A stretch of DNA of 32,000 nt from Candidatus Velamenicoccus archaeovorus (GTDB taxonomy: Bacteria; Omnitrophota; Gorgyraeia; Velamenicoccales; Velamenicoccaceae), in contig NZ_CP019384.1 in the NCBI RefSeq assembly GCF_004102945.1, forward strand, positions 1,590,001 to 1,622,000. The letters are read 5' to 3'. The notes below the pieces were generated by a model that worked only from the letters and a program-made list of their open reading frames with translations, was not told where the DNA came from and made no database searches. The position numbers were made by a program, and so were the translations under genes. This document shows positions 25,780-32,000 of the stretch, piece after piece. Numbering within the stretch: position 1 is the stretch's first letter; each line of letters starts with the position of its first letter.

Positions 25780-27257
25780 AAACCTTTGCGCCTCTTTTTA
25801 AAAGCCGCCGCAGACAGGCCTTTATCCTGGTCCTGCTCTTAGGTATCCTCTTCTCTGTCCTGCCGCCTTCTTTTTCGACACCTCAACCCCAAACCCAGGA
25901 CCAGTTTCTGATCCTCACCATCGACAACAAAATCATCGGACCCGTCGTCGCCGACTATATCGATAAAGGCATCACAAGGGCCGAGGACGACGGCTATCAG
26001 GGTGTGATCATCATCTTGGATACGCCGGGCGGCCTCCTGGAATCGACGCGCGCCATCGTTAAAAAGATCATGAACGCCTCGATTCCAATCATCACCTATA
26101 TCGCGCCCTCGGGCTCCCGCGCCGGCTCGGCAGGCGTCTTCATCACCCTAGCGTCCCACGTGGCCGCCATGGCGCCTTCGACGAACATCGGCGCAGCCCA
26201 CCCCGTGGGCGTCAACGGAGAAAAGGGAGAAGACCGCCCGCTCAAAAAAGCCATCGAAGAGTTGACGGAAACCCTGCGGTCCCAGAAAAAACAGAAAATA
26301 TCGCCGCGGACGAAAGAAAAACAATCTCCGCAGAATGAAGAAGCACCAGCCCCCCAGACAGGAAACGTCATGGAGGACAAGGTCCTCAACGACACCGTCG
26401 CCTGGGTTGAAACGATCGCAAAAAACAGGAAGCGCAACGTGGAATGGGCCAAAGAAACGGTCCTTAAAAGCGTTTCCGCCACGGAAAAAGAAGCCATGGA
26501 CAAAGGCATCATCGACTTCATTGCCATAGATACGAACGATCTCCTGAAAAAACTGGACGGCCGCCAGATCGTCATTGCCGATAACAAAACCGTCATTTTA
26601 AATACTAAAAATGCGCTCCTACACCGCACAAACCTGACGACCAGACAAAATATTCTTAATACGCTGATCAACCCCAACATCGCCTATATCCTTATGATGA
26701 TAGGCTTCCTGGGGCTTTTTATCGAGATCACACATCCCGGCGTCATCTTCCCCGGCGTCGCCGGCGTCATATCTCTCGTCATGGCCTTCTACGCCTTTGC
26801 GATCCTGCCGGTCAATTTTGCCGGCTTCCTTCTTATCGGCCTGGCGATCATTCTGTTCATCGCCGAAGCCCTGACACCGGCCACTTTCGGCCTCTTGACG
26901 CTGGCCGGGATTGTCTCCATGCTTCTGGGGTCCCTCATGCTGATTGATTCATCTTTCAGCGGCCTGACCATCTCCCTGAACATCATCCTGCCTTTGGTCC
27001 TGTCTGTCGCGGCCATTGCGATCTTTTTGGTCACCAACGTCGTGCGGGCCCACCGCCGCAAGATCATGACAGGGGCCGAAAGTCTTCCAGGAACAGAAGG
27101 CAAGGCCGGCACAGATATGGCGCCTGACGCAGAAGGCCAGGTTTTTGTGAATGGCGAGATCTGGAGCGCGATCAATAAAGGGCCATTGCCGATCGCCAAA
27201 GATGAAAAAATAAAAGTGATAGGAATTGACAAGGTCAAACTGCTTGTGACAAAATAA
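25776..27257 (+). CDS. NfeD-family membrane-bound ClpP-class serine protease (long form)
   Basis: Signal/TM, then a ClpP-like domain (LDTPGGLLESTRAIV, APSGSRAGSAGVFI, IGAAHPV), then a TM bundle and a C-terminal OB-fold (VFVNGEIWSA...KVIGIDKVKLLV). A charged ~50-aa insertion (KKQKISPRTKEKQSPQNEE...) sits in the protease domain. Confidence 0.85.
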   Translation: MKTFAPLFKSRRRQAFILVLLLGILFSVLPPSFSTPQPQTQDQFLILTIDNKIIGPVVADYIDKGITRAEDDGYQGVIIILDTPGGLLESTRAIVKKIMNASIPIITYIAPSGSRAGSAGVFITLASHVAAMAPSTNIGAAHPVGVNGEKGEDRPLKKAIEELTETLRSQKKQKISPRTKEKQSPQNEEAPAPQTGNVMEDKVLNDTVAWVETIAKNRKRNVEWAKETVLKSVSATEKEAMDKGIIDFIAIDTNDLLKKLDGRQIVIADNKTVILNTKNALLHRTNLTTRQNILNTLINPNIAYILMMIGFLGLFIEITHPGVIFPGVAGVISLVMAFYAFAILPVNFAGFLLIGLAIILFIAEALTPATFGLLTLAGIVSMLLGSLMLIDSSFSGLTISLNIILPLVLSVAAIAIFLVTNVVRAHRRKIMTGAESLPGTEGKAGTDMAPDAEGQVFVNGEIWSAINKGPLPIAKDEKIKVIGIDKVKLLVTK

Positions 27258-27379
27258 GAACCCTGATCGGCCCGCCACAAAGCGTTGGCGGGTTAATTCG
27301 GGCAAATGACTTATGAATGCAGCCCCATAAGTCACGCCCTCATTAAAATTGACAAGGTCAAACTGCTTGTGACAAAATA
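27224..27379 (+). repeat. 33-bp perfect direct repeat of the nfeD 3' end bracketing a 90-nt hairpin-bearing insert
   Basis: AATTGACAAGGTCAAACTGCTTGTGACAAAATA occurs at 27224-27256 and again at 27347-27379 (33/33). The insert contains CCCGCCA-CAAAGCGT-TGGCGGG (27271-27292) and TGACTTATG..CATAAGTCA. Confidence 0.9.
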
Positions 27380-27399
27380 GAGCGCTGAACTTCGTGCTT

Positions 27400-27538
27400 T
27401 TAATCCGCCAGAGGCGGAGGGTTTTAAAAAAAGAAGACTCCTCGCCAGAACGCTTGTTCATTTCACTCACAAACACCAGGGGTGTTCGTGAAATGAACCT
27501 GCGCAGGCTTCGGAGTTAATCCGCCAGAGGCGGATTAA
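27400..27538 (+). repeat. Two copies of TTAATCCGCCAGAGGCGGA flanking a long hairpin in the nfeD-SPFH spacer
   Basis: The 19-nt copies are at 27400-27418 and 27516-27534. The second extends to a 10-bp stem, TTAATCCGCC-AGA-GGCGGATTAA (27516-27538), abutting the SD AAGGAGG. The central hairpin pairs GTTCATTTCAC (27456-27466) with GTGAAATGAAC (27488-27498). Confidence 0.8.
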
Positions 27539-27547
27539 GGAGGAATC

Positions 27548-28297
27548 ATGAGCTTCCCTCTCATCATCGGCATCATCGTCGTTGTGTATCTCCTGAACTC
27601 TATCAAGATCCTTAACGAATACGAGCGCGGCGTCATCTTCCGCCTCGGCCGCATCCTGGCCAGGCCCAAAGGGCCCGGGGTCATCTTCGTCTTCTTCCCC
27701 ATCGACCGAATGGAACGCATCAGCCTGCGCACCGTGACACTGGACGTGCCGCCGCAGGACATCATCACCAAAGACAACGTATCCGTCAAAGTCAATGCCG
27801 TTGTCTACTACAGGGTCATGGACCCCTCGCATGCCGTTCTGGAAGTGGAAGACTACCACTTCGCCACATCGCAGATGTCCCAGACGTCCCTGCGTTCTAC
27901 CGTCGGGCAGGTCAGTCTGGACGAGCTCCTTTCGGAAAGGGAAAAAATCAACTCGGAACTTCAGCTGATCATCGACAAGGCCACAGACCCGTGGGGCGTC
28001 AAGGTCTCCCATGTGGAGATCAAGCACGTGGACCTGCCGCAGGAGATGCAGCGCGCCATGGCCAGACAGGCGGAAGCCGAAAGAGAGCGCCGCGCCAAGG
28101 TCATCTCGGCCGAGGGCGAATTCCAGGCCTCCCAGAAACTCTCGCAGGCCGCCGAGATCCTCCAGAAACAGCCGATGAGCCTTCAGATGCGCTATCTGCA
28201 GACGCTTATGGACATCTCGACGGAAAAATCGTCCATCATCGTCTTTCCTCTGCCTCTTGAGATGCTCAAATGGTTCAAAACAGAGGGAGAAAGATAA
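27548..28297 (+). CDS. SPFH/Band-7 (stomatin-like) protein
   Basis: 249 aa with an N-terminal TM helix, then [15 protein letters not shown]..., [26 protein letters not shown]. It is the classical partner of NfeD. Confidence 0.9.
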   Translation: MSFPLIIGIIVVVYLLNSIKILNEYERGVIFRLGRILARPKGPGVIFVFFPIDRMERISLRTVTLDVPPQDIITKDNVSVKVNAVVYYRVMDPSHAVLEVEDYHFATSQMSQTSLRSTVGQVSLDELLSEREKINSELQLIIDKATDPWGVKVSHVEIKHVDLPQEMQRAMARQAEAERERRAKVISAEGEFQASQKLSQAAEILQKQPMSLQMRYLQTLMDISTEKSSIIVFPLPLEMLKWFKTEGER

Positions 28298-28422
28298 CCA
28301 CTTTTTGCCGAAGTGGCGCCCTCCACCAGAACGTTGGCGGGCGGCCTCCACCAATACGTCGGCGGCCGTGCGCCGATGTCCTCGTGGCGCACGCCATCCG
28401 CCGAAGCCTTAGTGGCGGATGG
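28298..28422. repeat. Cluster of five consecutive GC-rich palindromic units downstream of the SPFH gene
   Basis: CCACTT/AAGTGG hairpin (28298-28316). A 25-nt tandem repeat CCTCCACCA..ACGT.GGCGG (28320-28344 and 28345-28369, 20/25). CGTGCGCC/GGCGCACG hairpin (28367-28393). CCATCCGCC/GGCGGATGG hairpin (28394-28422). Confidence 0.8.
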
Positions 28423-28495
28423 CGGAATGGCATGCCTGCCTGACGGCAGGCGAGCGGTGGTCTCAAAAACCATTGGGTTTACGCCCGTGAGGGTT
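28400..28495 (+). pseudogene. 5' portion (acceptor strand to T-loop T55) of a second, disrupted tRNA-Leu(CAA) copy
   Basis: 28454-28495 is 42/42 identical to 28579-28620 of the intact gene (anticodon arm with CAA, variable arm, 5' T-stem). TGGCGGAATGGCAT is shared. It has its own acceptor strand GCCGAAG (28400-28406). An 18-nt hairpin GCCTGCC-TGAC-GGCAGGC (28434-28451) is inserted in the D-arm, with extra nt after the acceptor strand. Confidence 0.8.
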
Positions 28496-28555
28496 TCCGC
28501 CACAAGGCGCTGGCGGACAAAATCACCGCCACAAAGATATAGATATAAAGATTCT

Positions 28556-28638
28556 GCTGGAGTGGCGGAATGGCATACGCGGTGGTCTCAAAAACCATTG
28601 GGTTTACGCCCGTGAGGGTTCGACTCCCTCCTCCAGCA
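28556..28638 (+). tRNA. tRNA-Leu(CAA), type II with long variable arm
   Basis: GCTGGAG TG GCGGAATGGCATACGC G GTGGT CTCAAAA ACCAT TGGGTTTACGCCCGT GAGGG TTCGACT CCCTC CTCCAGC A. CCA is not encoded. Confidence 0.93.
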
Positions 28639-28677
28639 TAAAATTTTCACGAAGGACCCGCCGATCTTTGTGGCGGG

Positions 28678-28702
28678 CGACTCCCTCCTTCGGCATAAAA
28701 TT
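28678..28702 (+). pseudogene. 3' portion (T-loop C56 to discriminator + 7-nt trailer) of the disrupted tRNA-Leu copy
   Basis: CGACTCCCTCCTTCGGCATAAAATT matches 28621-28645 (CGACTCCCTCCTCCAGCATAAAATT) at 23/25. Its acceptor strand CTTCGGC (28688-28694) is the perfect complement of GCCGAAG at 28400-28406. Confidence 0.8.
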
Positions 28703-28728
28703 AAAAAAACGCAGCCCCAAAATCAAAA

Positions 28729-28762
28729 CCCCCTGACAGCAACTGCCAGGGGGTTCTTTTTT
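28729..28762. terminator. Bidirectional rho-independent terminator
   Basis: CCCCCTGACAG-CAA-CTGCCAGGGGG (one mismatch) is followed by TTCTTTTTT on the plus strand and TTTTGATTTT on the minus strand. It lies between tRNA-Leu (+) and the convergent 28796 gene (-). Confidence 0.7.
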
Positions 28763-28795
28763 CCAAGATAATCACATCTCGATCTATCGTCGAGA

Positions 28796-29161
28796 CTAAT
28801 CCTGTTCGTCCTGAGGGCCGCGGGAAGCGCGATCCGGCCTACAGACAAAGTATTTCTTGTCCGGCGTCGAGACGCAAATGCCGGTTTCCTCCTCCCCTCT
28901 GGGCCCGCGGCACTGACACGTGTCGCCTTCGGCCTTGCCTGAACAGGCGTCGATCGCTTCCTGGGGCGGGGCTTTCATTTCGCCTCCGCCTGAAGGATCC
29001 TCTCCATGCCGCGGCGGAGGAAATAAGGATTCTTCGTCCCGAGATGCCGTCTGGGATTCCTCACCAAAGACGCTCGCCGCCGAACATAACGAAAAACATA
29101 AAATCAAACACATCGCTATCTTCTGGCCCAAGACATACGCCGGCATTCTCATCAAAGCCAT
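28796..29161 (-). CDS. Small secreted Cys-containing protein, unknown function
   Basis: 121-aa ORF with a signal peptide (CLILCFSLCSAASVFG), a Pro/Gly/acidic linker and then DACSGKAEGDTCQCRGPRGEEETGICVSTPDKKYFVCRP. Last gene of the ECF operon. The start codon is uncertain. Confidence 0.55.
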   Translation of the reverse strand: MALMRMPAYVLGQKIAMCLILCFSLCSAASVFGEESQTASRDEESLFPPPRHGEDPSGGGEMKAPPQEAIDACSGKAEGDTCQCRGPRGEEETGICVSTPDKKYFVCRPDRASRGPQDEQD

Positions 29162-29239
29162 CCTTTCTTTTTTTGAATTCGATGAAAAAACAGTCTTCCT
29201 CTCTAAACCCAGGCTGCGGAAGCAAAGACGACATGCCCA

Positions 29240-29728
29240 TCATCTCCTGGACGGTAAATCTTCAGAAGGCGGCGGACCATATTCTCCCATGGGACCCTGT
29301 CCTTCCCCGGGACGGCCGGATCCGTGTATTTCTTCGAGAAGCTCCATAAACCTTTCCTGCTGGCCTGGATCAAGGATTTTCATGATCCGCTCGTCGCCTT
29401 CGTTCTTGATCTTATCAATCGTGTAGCGAACATCTTCTCCCAATTTTTCAACCTCCTGGCGCGATTCCTCTAAAATCTTCTCGACATCGGCTTTCTGCTC
29501 CTTGCTAAGATCCAGCCGATCCGCCAGCATCTCAACAGGACTTCCGGGGCCAACCCCGCCACCGGGACCGCGTCTCATGAAATGTTCGGCCCTCGCAGCG
29601 AAATCCGGCCGGCCCGGAGGCCCAAACTCCGGACAAACCGCCTTCCTGACGATGCCGGCACCTGCCAAAACGCCGGCCAAAACGCACAATACTGCGAAAA
29701 CCGCCAGATACACCGCATTCCTGTTCAT
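29240..29728 (-). CDS. Periplasmic LTXXQ-type (Spy/CpxP/ZraP-like) protein
   Basis: 162 aa with a signal/anchor and LTXXQ-like repeats (LDLSKEQKADVEKIL; LDPGQQERFMELLEE). Located downstream of the sigma/anti-sigma pair. Confidence 0.6.
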   Translation of the reverse strand: MNRNAVYLAVFAVLCVLAGVLAGAGIVRKAVCPEFGPPGRPDFAARAEHFMRRGPGGGVGPGSPVEMLADRLDLSKEQKADVEKILEESRQEVEKLGEDVRYTIDKIKNEGDERIMKILDPGQQERFMELLEEIHGSGRPGEGQGPMGEYGPPPSEDLPSRR

Positions 29729-29745
29729 AAGCCTCTCCTTTCTTT

Positions 29746-30195
29746 CTATGGAGTGGAATTAACTCTGGCCCCCAAAAGCAACCCCAGCGTCATCGCCGTT
29801 GTCGTCGGAGCCCCGCTGAGAATATGCTCTTCCCATGAATACCGGTTCGTCTGCTGGGGGACCAAAATCAAAAAAGCTGCGGATAGCGCGATACCGATGG
29901 CCGGAAGAAAGATAAGCCGGCGCGCAAAATATCCCATGCCGCCCGGAGAAGAATCTTCCTGCCCGCTCCTCCGACGCAGAACCTCCCTCAACAGACGCCT
30001 CGCCAGCTCTCCCTCAGGCAAAGTCCTGCGTTCTTTTTTCAACAAAACCTCCCTGACACAAGAGAGCTCCCGTAACTCTTTCCGACAGGAGAAACAACCA
30101 GCCACATGCGTTTCAATGAAAGCCGCATCCCTCTTTGCGGCCTCCTTGTCTATGTAGCGGGACAACAATCTCCTGGTTCGTGCGCATGCATTCAT
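29746..30195 (-). CDS. Anti-sigma factor (zf-HC2 type, single TM helix)
   Basis: MNACARTRRLLSRYIDKE...HVAGCFSCRKEL carries the H-x3-C-x2-C motif, with a TM helix near LIFLPAIGIALSAAFLILV. Start trimmed to ATG 30195, an ATGA overlap with the sigma stop. Confidence 0.75.
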   Translation of the reverse strand: MNACARTRRLLSRYIDKEAAKRDAAFIETHVAGCFSCRKELRELSCVREVLLKKERRTLPEGELARRLLREVLRRRSGQEDSSPGGMGYFARRLIFLPAIGIALSAAFLILVPQQTNRYSWEEHILSGAPTTTAMTLGLLLGARVNSTP

Positions 30196-30749
30196 ATCAC
30201 ATCTCCCCCAAATTTCATCAGTTCTTTTTTCAATAATTGCCTGGCGCGATAGATCCTCGATTCCACAGTCCCTATGCGACAAGAAAGAATCTTCGATATC
30301 TCGGCATAGCTTAATCCCTCGATATCTTTGAGGACCACCGCCGACCTGTATGCCAGCGGGACTTTACCCAGCGCCTTCTGAATCAAGACATCTCTCTCTT
30401 TCATCAAAAGCACAAAAAGCACATCGTTGTGGCCGCCGCGAGCGTCGACACTCTGCCCCAAAGCCTCTTCTTCCGTAACAACGTCCCTTCTTTTACGCAG
30501 AAAATCGTACGTCGTATTCAACACAATGCGATAGAGCCATGTCGAAAAAGAGCAGCGTCGCCTAAAACCCTTCAGGCCGCGGTAGGCTTTCAAAAATGCC
30601 TCTTGGGCGATATCTTCACTCTCCCTGTCTTTTCCAATCAGGGAAAAAACGATATTCAGGACCCTGTTCTGGTATTTCCTGACGATCGCTTCAAATGCCT
30701 TCTCTTCCCCGCCGAGAAACTGTTCTATGTAAAAGGCGTCTTCTTTCAT
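30192..30749 (-). CDS. ECF (group IV) RNA polymerase sigma factor
   Basis: 185 aa with region 2 (ESEDIAQEAFLKAYRGLKGFRRRCSFSTWLYRIVLN) and region 4 (LSYAEISKILSCRIGTVESRIYRARQLL). Confidence 0.9.
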   Translation of the reverse strand: MKEDAFYIEQFLGGEEKAFEAIVRKYQNRVLNIVFSLIGKDRESEDIAQEAFLKAYRGLKGFRRRCSFSTWLYRIVLNTTYDFLRKRRDVVTEEEALGQSVDARGGHNDVLFVLLMKERDVLIQKALGKVPLAYRSAVVLKDIEGLSYAEISKILSCRIGTVESRIYRARQLLKKELMKFGGDVI

Positions 30750-30763
30750 CGATTCTCCGGATA

Positions 30764-30792
30764 TTAGACGTAAGAGAAGCGGATTTTATTCC
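30764..30792 (-). promoter_or_regulatory. ECF-type promoter GGAAT-N17-CGTCTAA upstream of the sigma gene (probable autoregulation)
   Basis: On the minus strand: GGAAT (30792-30788), a 17-nt spacer, CGTCTAA (30770-30764), then GGAG and ATG 30749. This matches the general ECF consensus GGAAC-N16/17-CGTCT. Confidence 0.5.
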
Positions 30793-30820
30793 AGGGATTT
30801 TCAGGCGCGCAGCGGACAAA

Positions 30821-30851
30821 CAAAAAAGCCTGATAAAACATCAGGCTTTTT
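30821..30851 (-). terminator. Rho-independent terminator after the small Cys-rich ORF
   Basis: AGCCTGAT-AAAAC-ATCAGGCT flanked by an A6 run and a T5 run, so it is readable on both strands. Confidence 0.7.
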
Positions 30852-30880
30852 GGGAACGCTTATGCCCATCGACCGGGCGG

Positions 30881-30991
30881 TCATTTTTTCTTACAGGTGC
30901 ACTTATCAAATTCCTTGCCGCACCCTTCACACTTGCCGTTGACGATCTTCTTGCCGCACTTGCATGGGGTACAACCGCAGACTTTACACAT
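30881..30991 (-). CDS. 36-aa Cys-rich (9 Cys) Lys-rich small protein, metallothionein-like / zinc-ribbon-like
   Basis: Below the ORF-track length cutoff. GGAGGTGACGT precedes the ATG. Hand translation: MCKVCGCTPCKCGKKIVNGKCEGCGKEFDKCTCKKK*. It is followed by its own terminator. Confidence 0.6.
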   Translation of the reverse strand: MCKVCGCTPCKCGKKIVNGKCEGCGKEFDKCTCKKK

Positions 30992-31031
30992 ACGTCACCT
31001 CCAGTTTGTTCCTCTCCCATCCTCAAATCTA

Positions 31032-31247
31032 TTATACCACTGACGAGATGATTTCCAAAAGAATCCGGCCGGCCGCGACCTTGTCGCCTTTCCTGATCTT
31101 GCGGCGCAGGCGGCTTTCTTTTTCGCCGTTAACGAGGATCAGGCCTTGACGAATAAGGTCTCTGGCCTCGGCGCCGCTGGCCGCGATGCCGGAAGCCTTC
31201 AAAAGATTGTCCAGTTCGATATAATCGCCGCGCAGAGCGAATTCCAT
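31032..31247 (-). CDS. S4-domain RNA-binding protein (YbcJ-like)
   Basis: 71 aa: IELDNLLKASGIAASGAEARDLIRQGLILVNGEKESRLRRKIRKGDKV is a typical S4 fold sequence. Confidence 0.75.
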   Translation of the reverse strand: MEFALRGDYIELDNLLKASGIAASGAEARDLIRQGLILVNGEKESRLRRKIRKGDKVAAGRILLEIISSVV

Positions 31248-31253
31248 CAGGGG

Positions 31254-32000
31254 TCAGAGGCCGGCAAGGACTTTCAACGCATGGAGATATTTCTCGGATG
31301 TCTTTTGAATGACATCGGCGGACACATCCGGGGCCGGAGGCGTCTTGTCCCAGGAAAGCGTCTCAAGGTAATCCCTCACAAACTGCTTGTCAAAGCTGGG
31401 CTGGGGGCGGCCCGGCGCATAGCCTTCTTGCGGCCAAAAACGGGAAGAATCCGGCGTCAAGACCTCATCGATCAGGATGAGCTTGCCGCCATATCCGCCG
31501 AATTCAAACTTGGTGTCGGCAATAATGATCCCCTTTGTCTGGGCGTAAGCGGCGGCTTTTTCGTAGAGGGCGACGGCCTTGGCGCGGACATCGGCGAGAG
31601 CTTCTTTGCCGACGATCCGGGCAGCGCCGGCCTCGTCGACGTTGATGTCATGGCCGATATCCGCCTTGGTGGAAGGCGTAAAAATGGTTTGCGGCAGCTT
31701 CTGCGACTCTTTCAATCCGGCCGGCAGCCTGATGCCGCAGACAGACTGCGTCTTCAGGTATTCTTTCCATCCGGAACCGGACAGGTAGCCGCGCACGATG
31801 CACTCGATGGCGAGAGGTTCGGCTTTTTTGACAAGCATCGATCGGCCGCGCAAGGCCTCGTGGTATTTTTTGGCCTGCGGCGGGTATGCGTTGACATCCG
31901 CCGTCAATAGATGGTTTTCGCAGATATCCCGAAGGTAATCAAACCAAAAAAGGGAGATCTTCGTCAGGACTTCTCCCTTATGAGGGATACCGCAGCCTAA
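31254..32000 (-). CDS. purC: SAICAR synthetase, C-terminal ~248 codons; 5' end lies beyond the right window edge
   Basis: Motifs IVRGYLSGSGW, ADTKFEFG, LIDEVLTPDSSRFW and SFDKQFVRDYL. Hand translation shows the frame stays open upstream of the listed TTG (…IPHKGEVLTKISLFWFDYLRDICENHLLTADVN…) to position 32000. Confidence 0.92.
   Translation of the reverse strand, partial: LGCGIPHKGEVLTKISLFWFDYLRDICENHLLTADVNAYPPQAKKYHEALRGRSMLVKKAEPLAIECIVRGYLSGSGWKEYLKTQSVCGIRLPAGLKESQKLPQTIFTPSTKADIGHDINVDEAGAARIVGKEALADVRAKAVALYEKAAAYAQTKGIIIADTKFEFGGYGGKLILIDEVLTPDSSRFWPQEGYAPGRPQPSFDKQFVRDYLETLSWDKTPPAPDVSADVIQKTSEKYLHALKVLAGL

Noticed and set aside
27224-27379. Diversity-generating retroelement TR/VR pair (repeat of a gene 3' end)
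   Set aside because: The copies are 33/33 identical with no adenine-specific differences. The repeat is far shorter than known VR/TR pairs, and no reverse transcriptase is nearby.
28313-28615. ORF-track entries 28313..28615 (+), 28192..28503 (-) and 28275..28466 (-)
   Set aside because: They run through the hairpin cluster, the tRNA-Leu fragment and the intact tRNA-Leu. They are Arg/Gly/Pro-rich artefacts of GC-rich palindromes.

Overview
32-kb bacterial chromosomal window with a sharp compositional break near 6.5 kb. The left part (1-6575) is AT-rich, with hand counts of 17/60 and 21/60 GC in sample lines. It carries a MarR / TolC / EmrA / EmrB-type efflux operon and a DUF2924 + large serine recombinase pair. 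It ends next to an initiator tRNA(CAU) gene that is split by a 252-nt ORF-less group I intron. The right part (32/60 to 40/60 GC in sample lines) is mostly core genes: ftsB-like, eno, a short FtsH-like protease plus lipoprotein, purN, and a full Rnf complex in the order rnfC-G-D-E-A-B. These are followed by an MFS transporter, tRNA-Thr(CGU), the string leuS-comEA-exbB-exbD-comEC, nfo and tRNA-Ala(GGC). The window ends with a membrane protein/NfeD/SPFH operon, tRNA-Leu(CAA), an ECF sigma/anti-sigma/LTXXQ/secreted Cys-protein operon, a 36-aa Cys-rich ORF absent from the ORF track, an S4-domain protein and partial purC. The most unusual content is non-coding. (1) The intron-bearing initiator tRNA. 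(2) tRNA-Leu(CAA) sits inside the two halves of a second tRNA-Leu copy whose acceptor-stem halves differ from the intact gene by two compensatory pairs. (3) tRNA-Thr is flanked by partial copies of its own 5' and 3' ends. Three duplication junctions in the Thr and Leu loci fall at the same T-loop position (T55|C56). (4) A 33-bp duplication of the nfeD 3' end brackets a 90-nt insert. (5) A family of GC-rich CCGCC(A)...(T)GGCGG hairpins populates all of these inserts. (6) A three-unit palindromic array is fused to the CCA end of tRNA-Ala. No CRISPR array, transposase or recognisable defence operon was seen.
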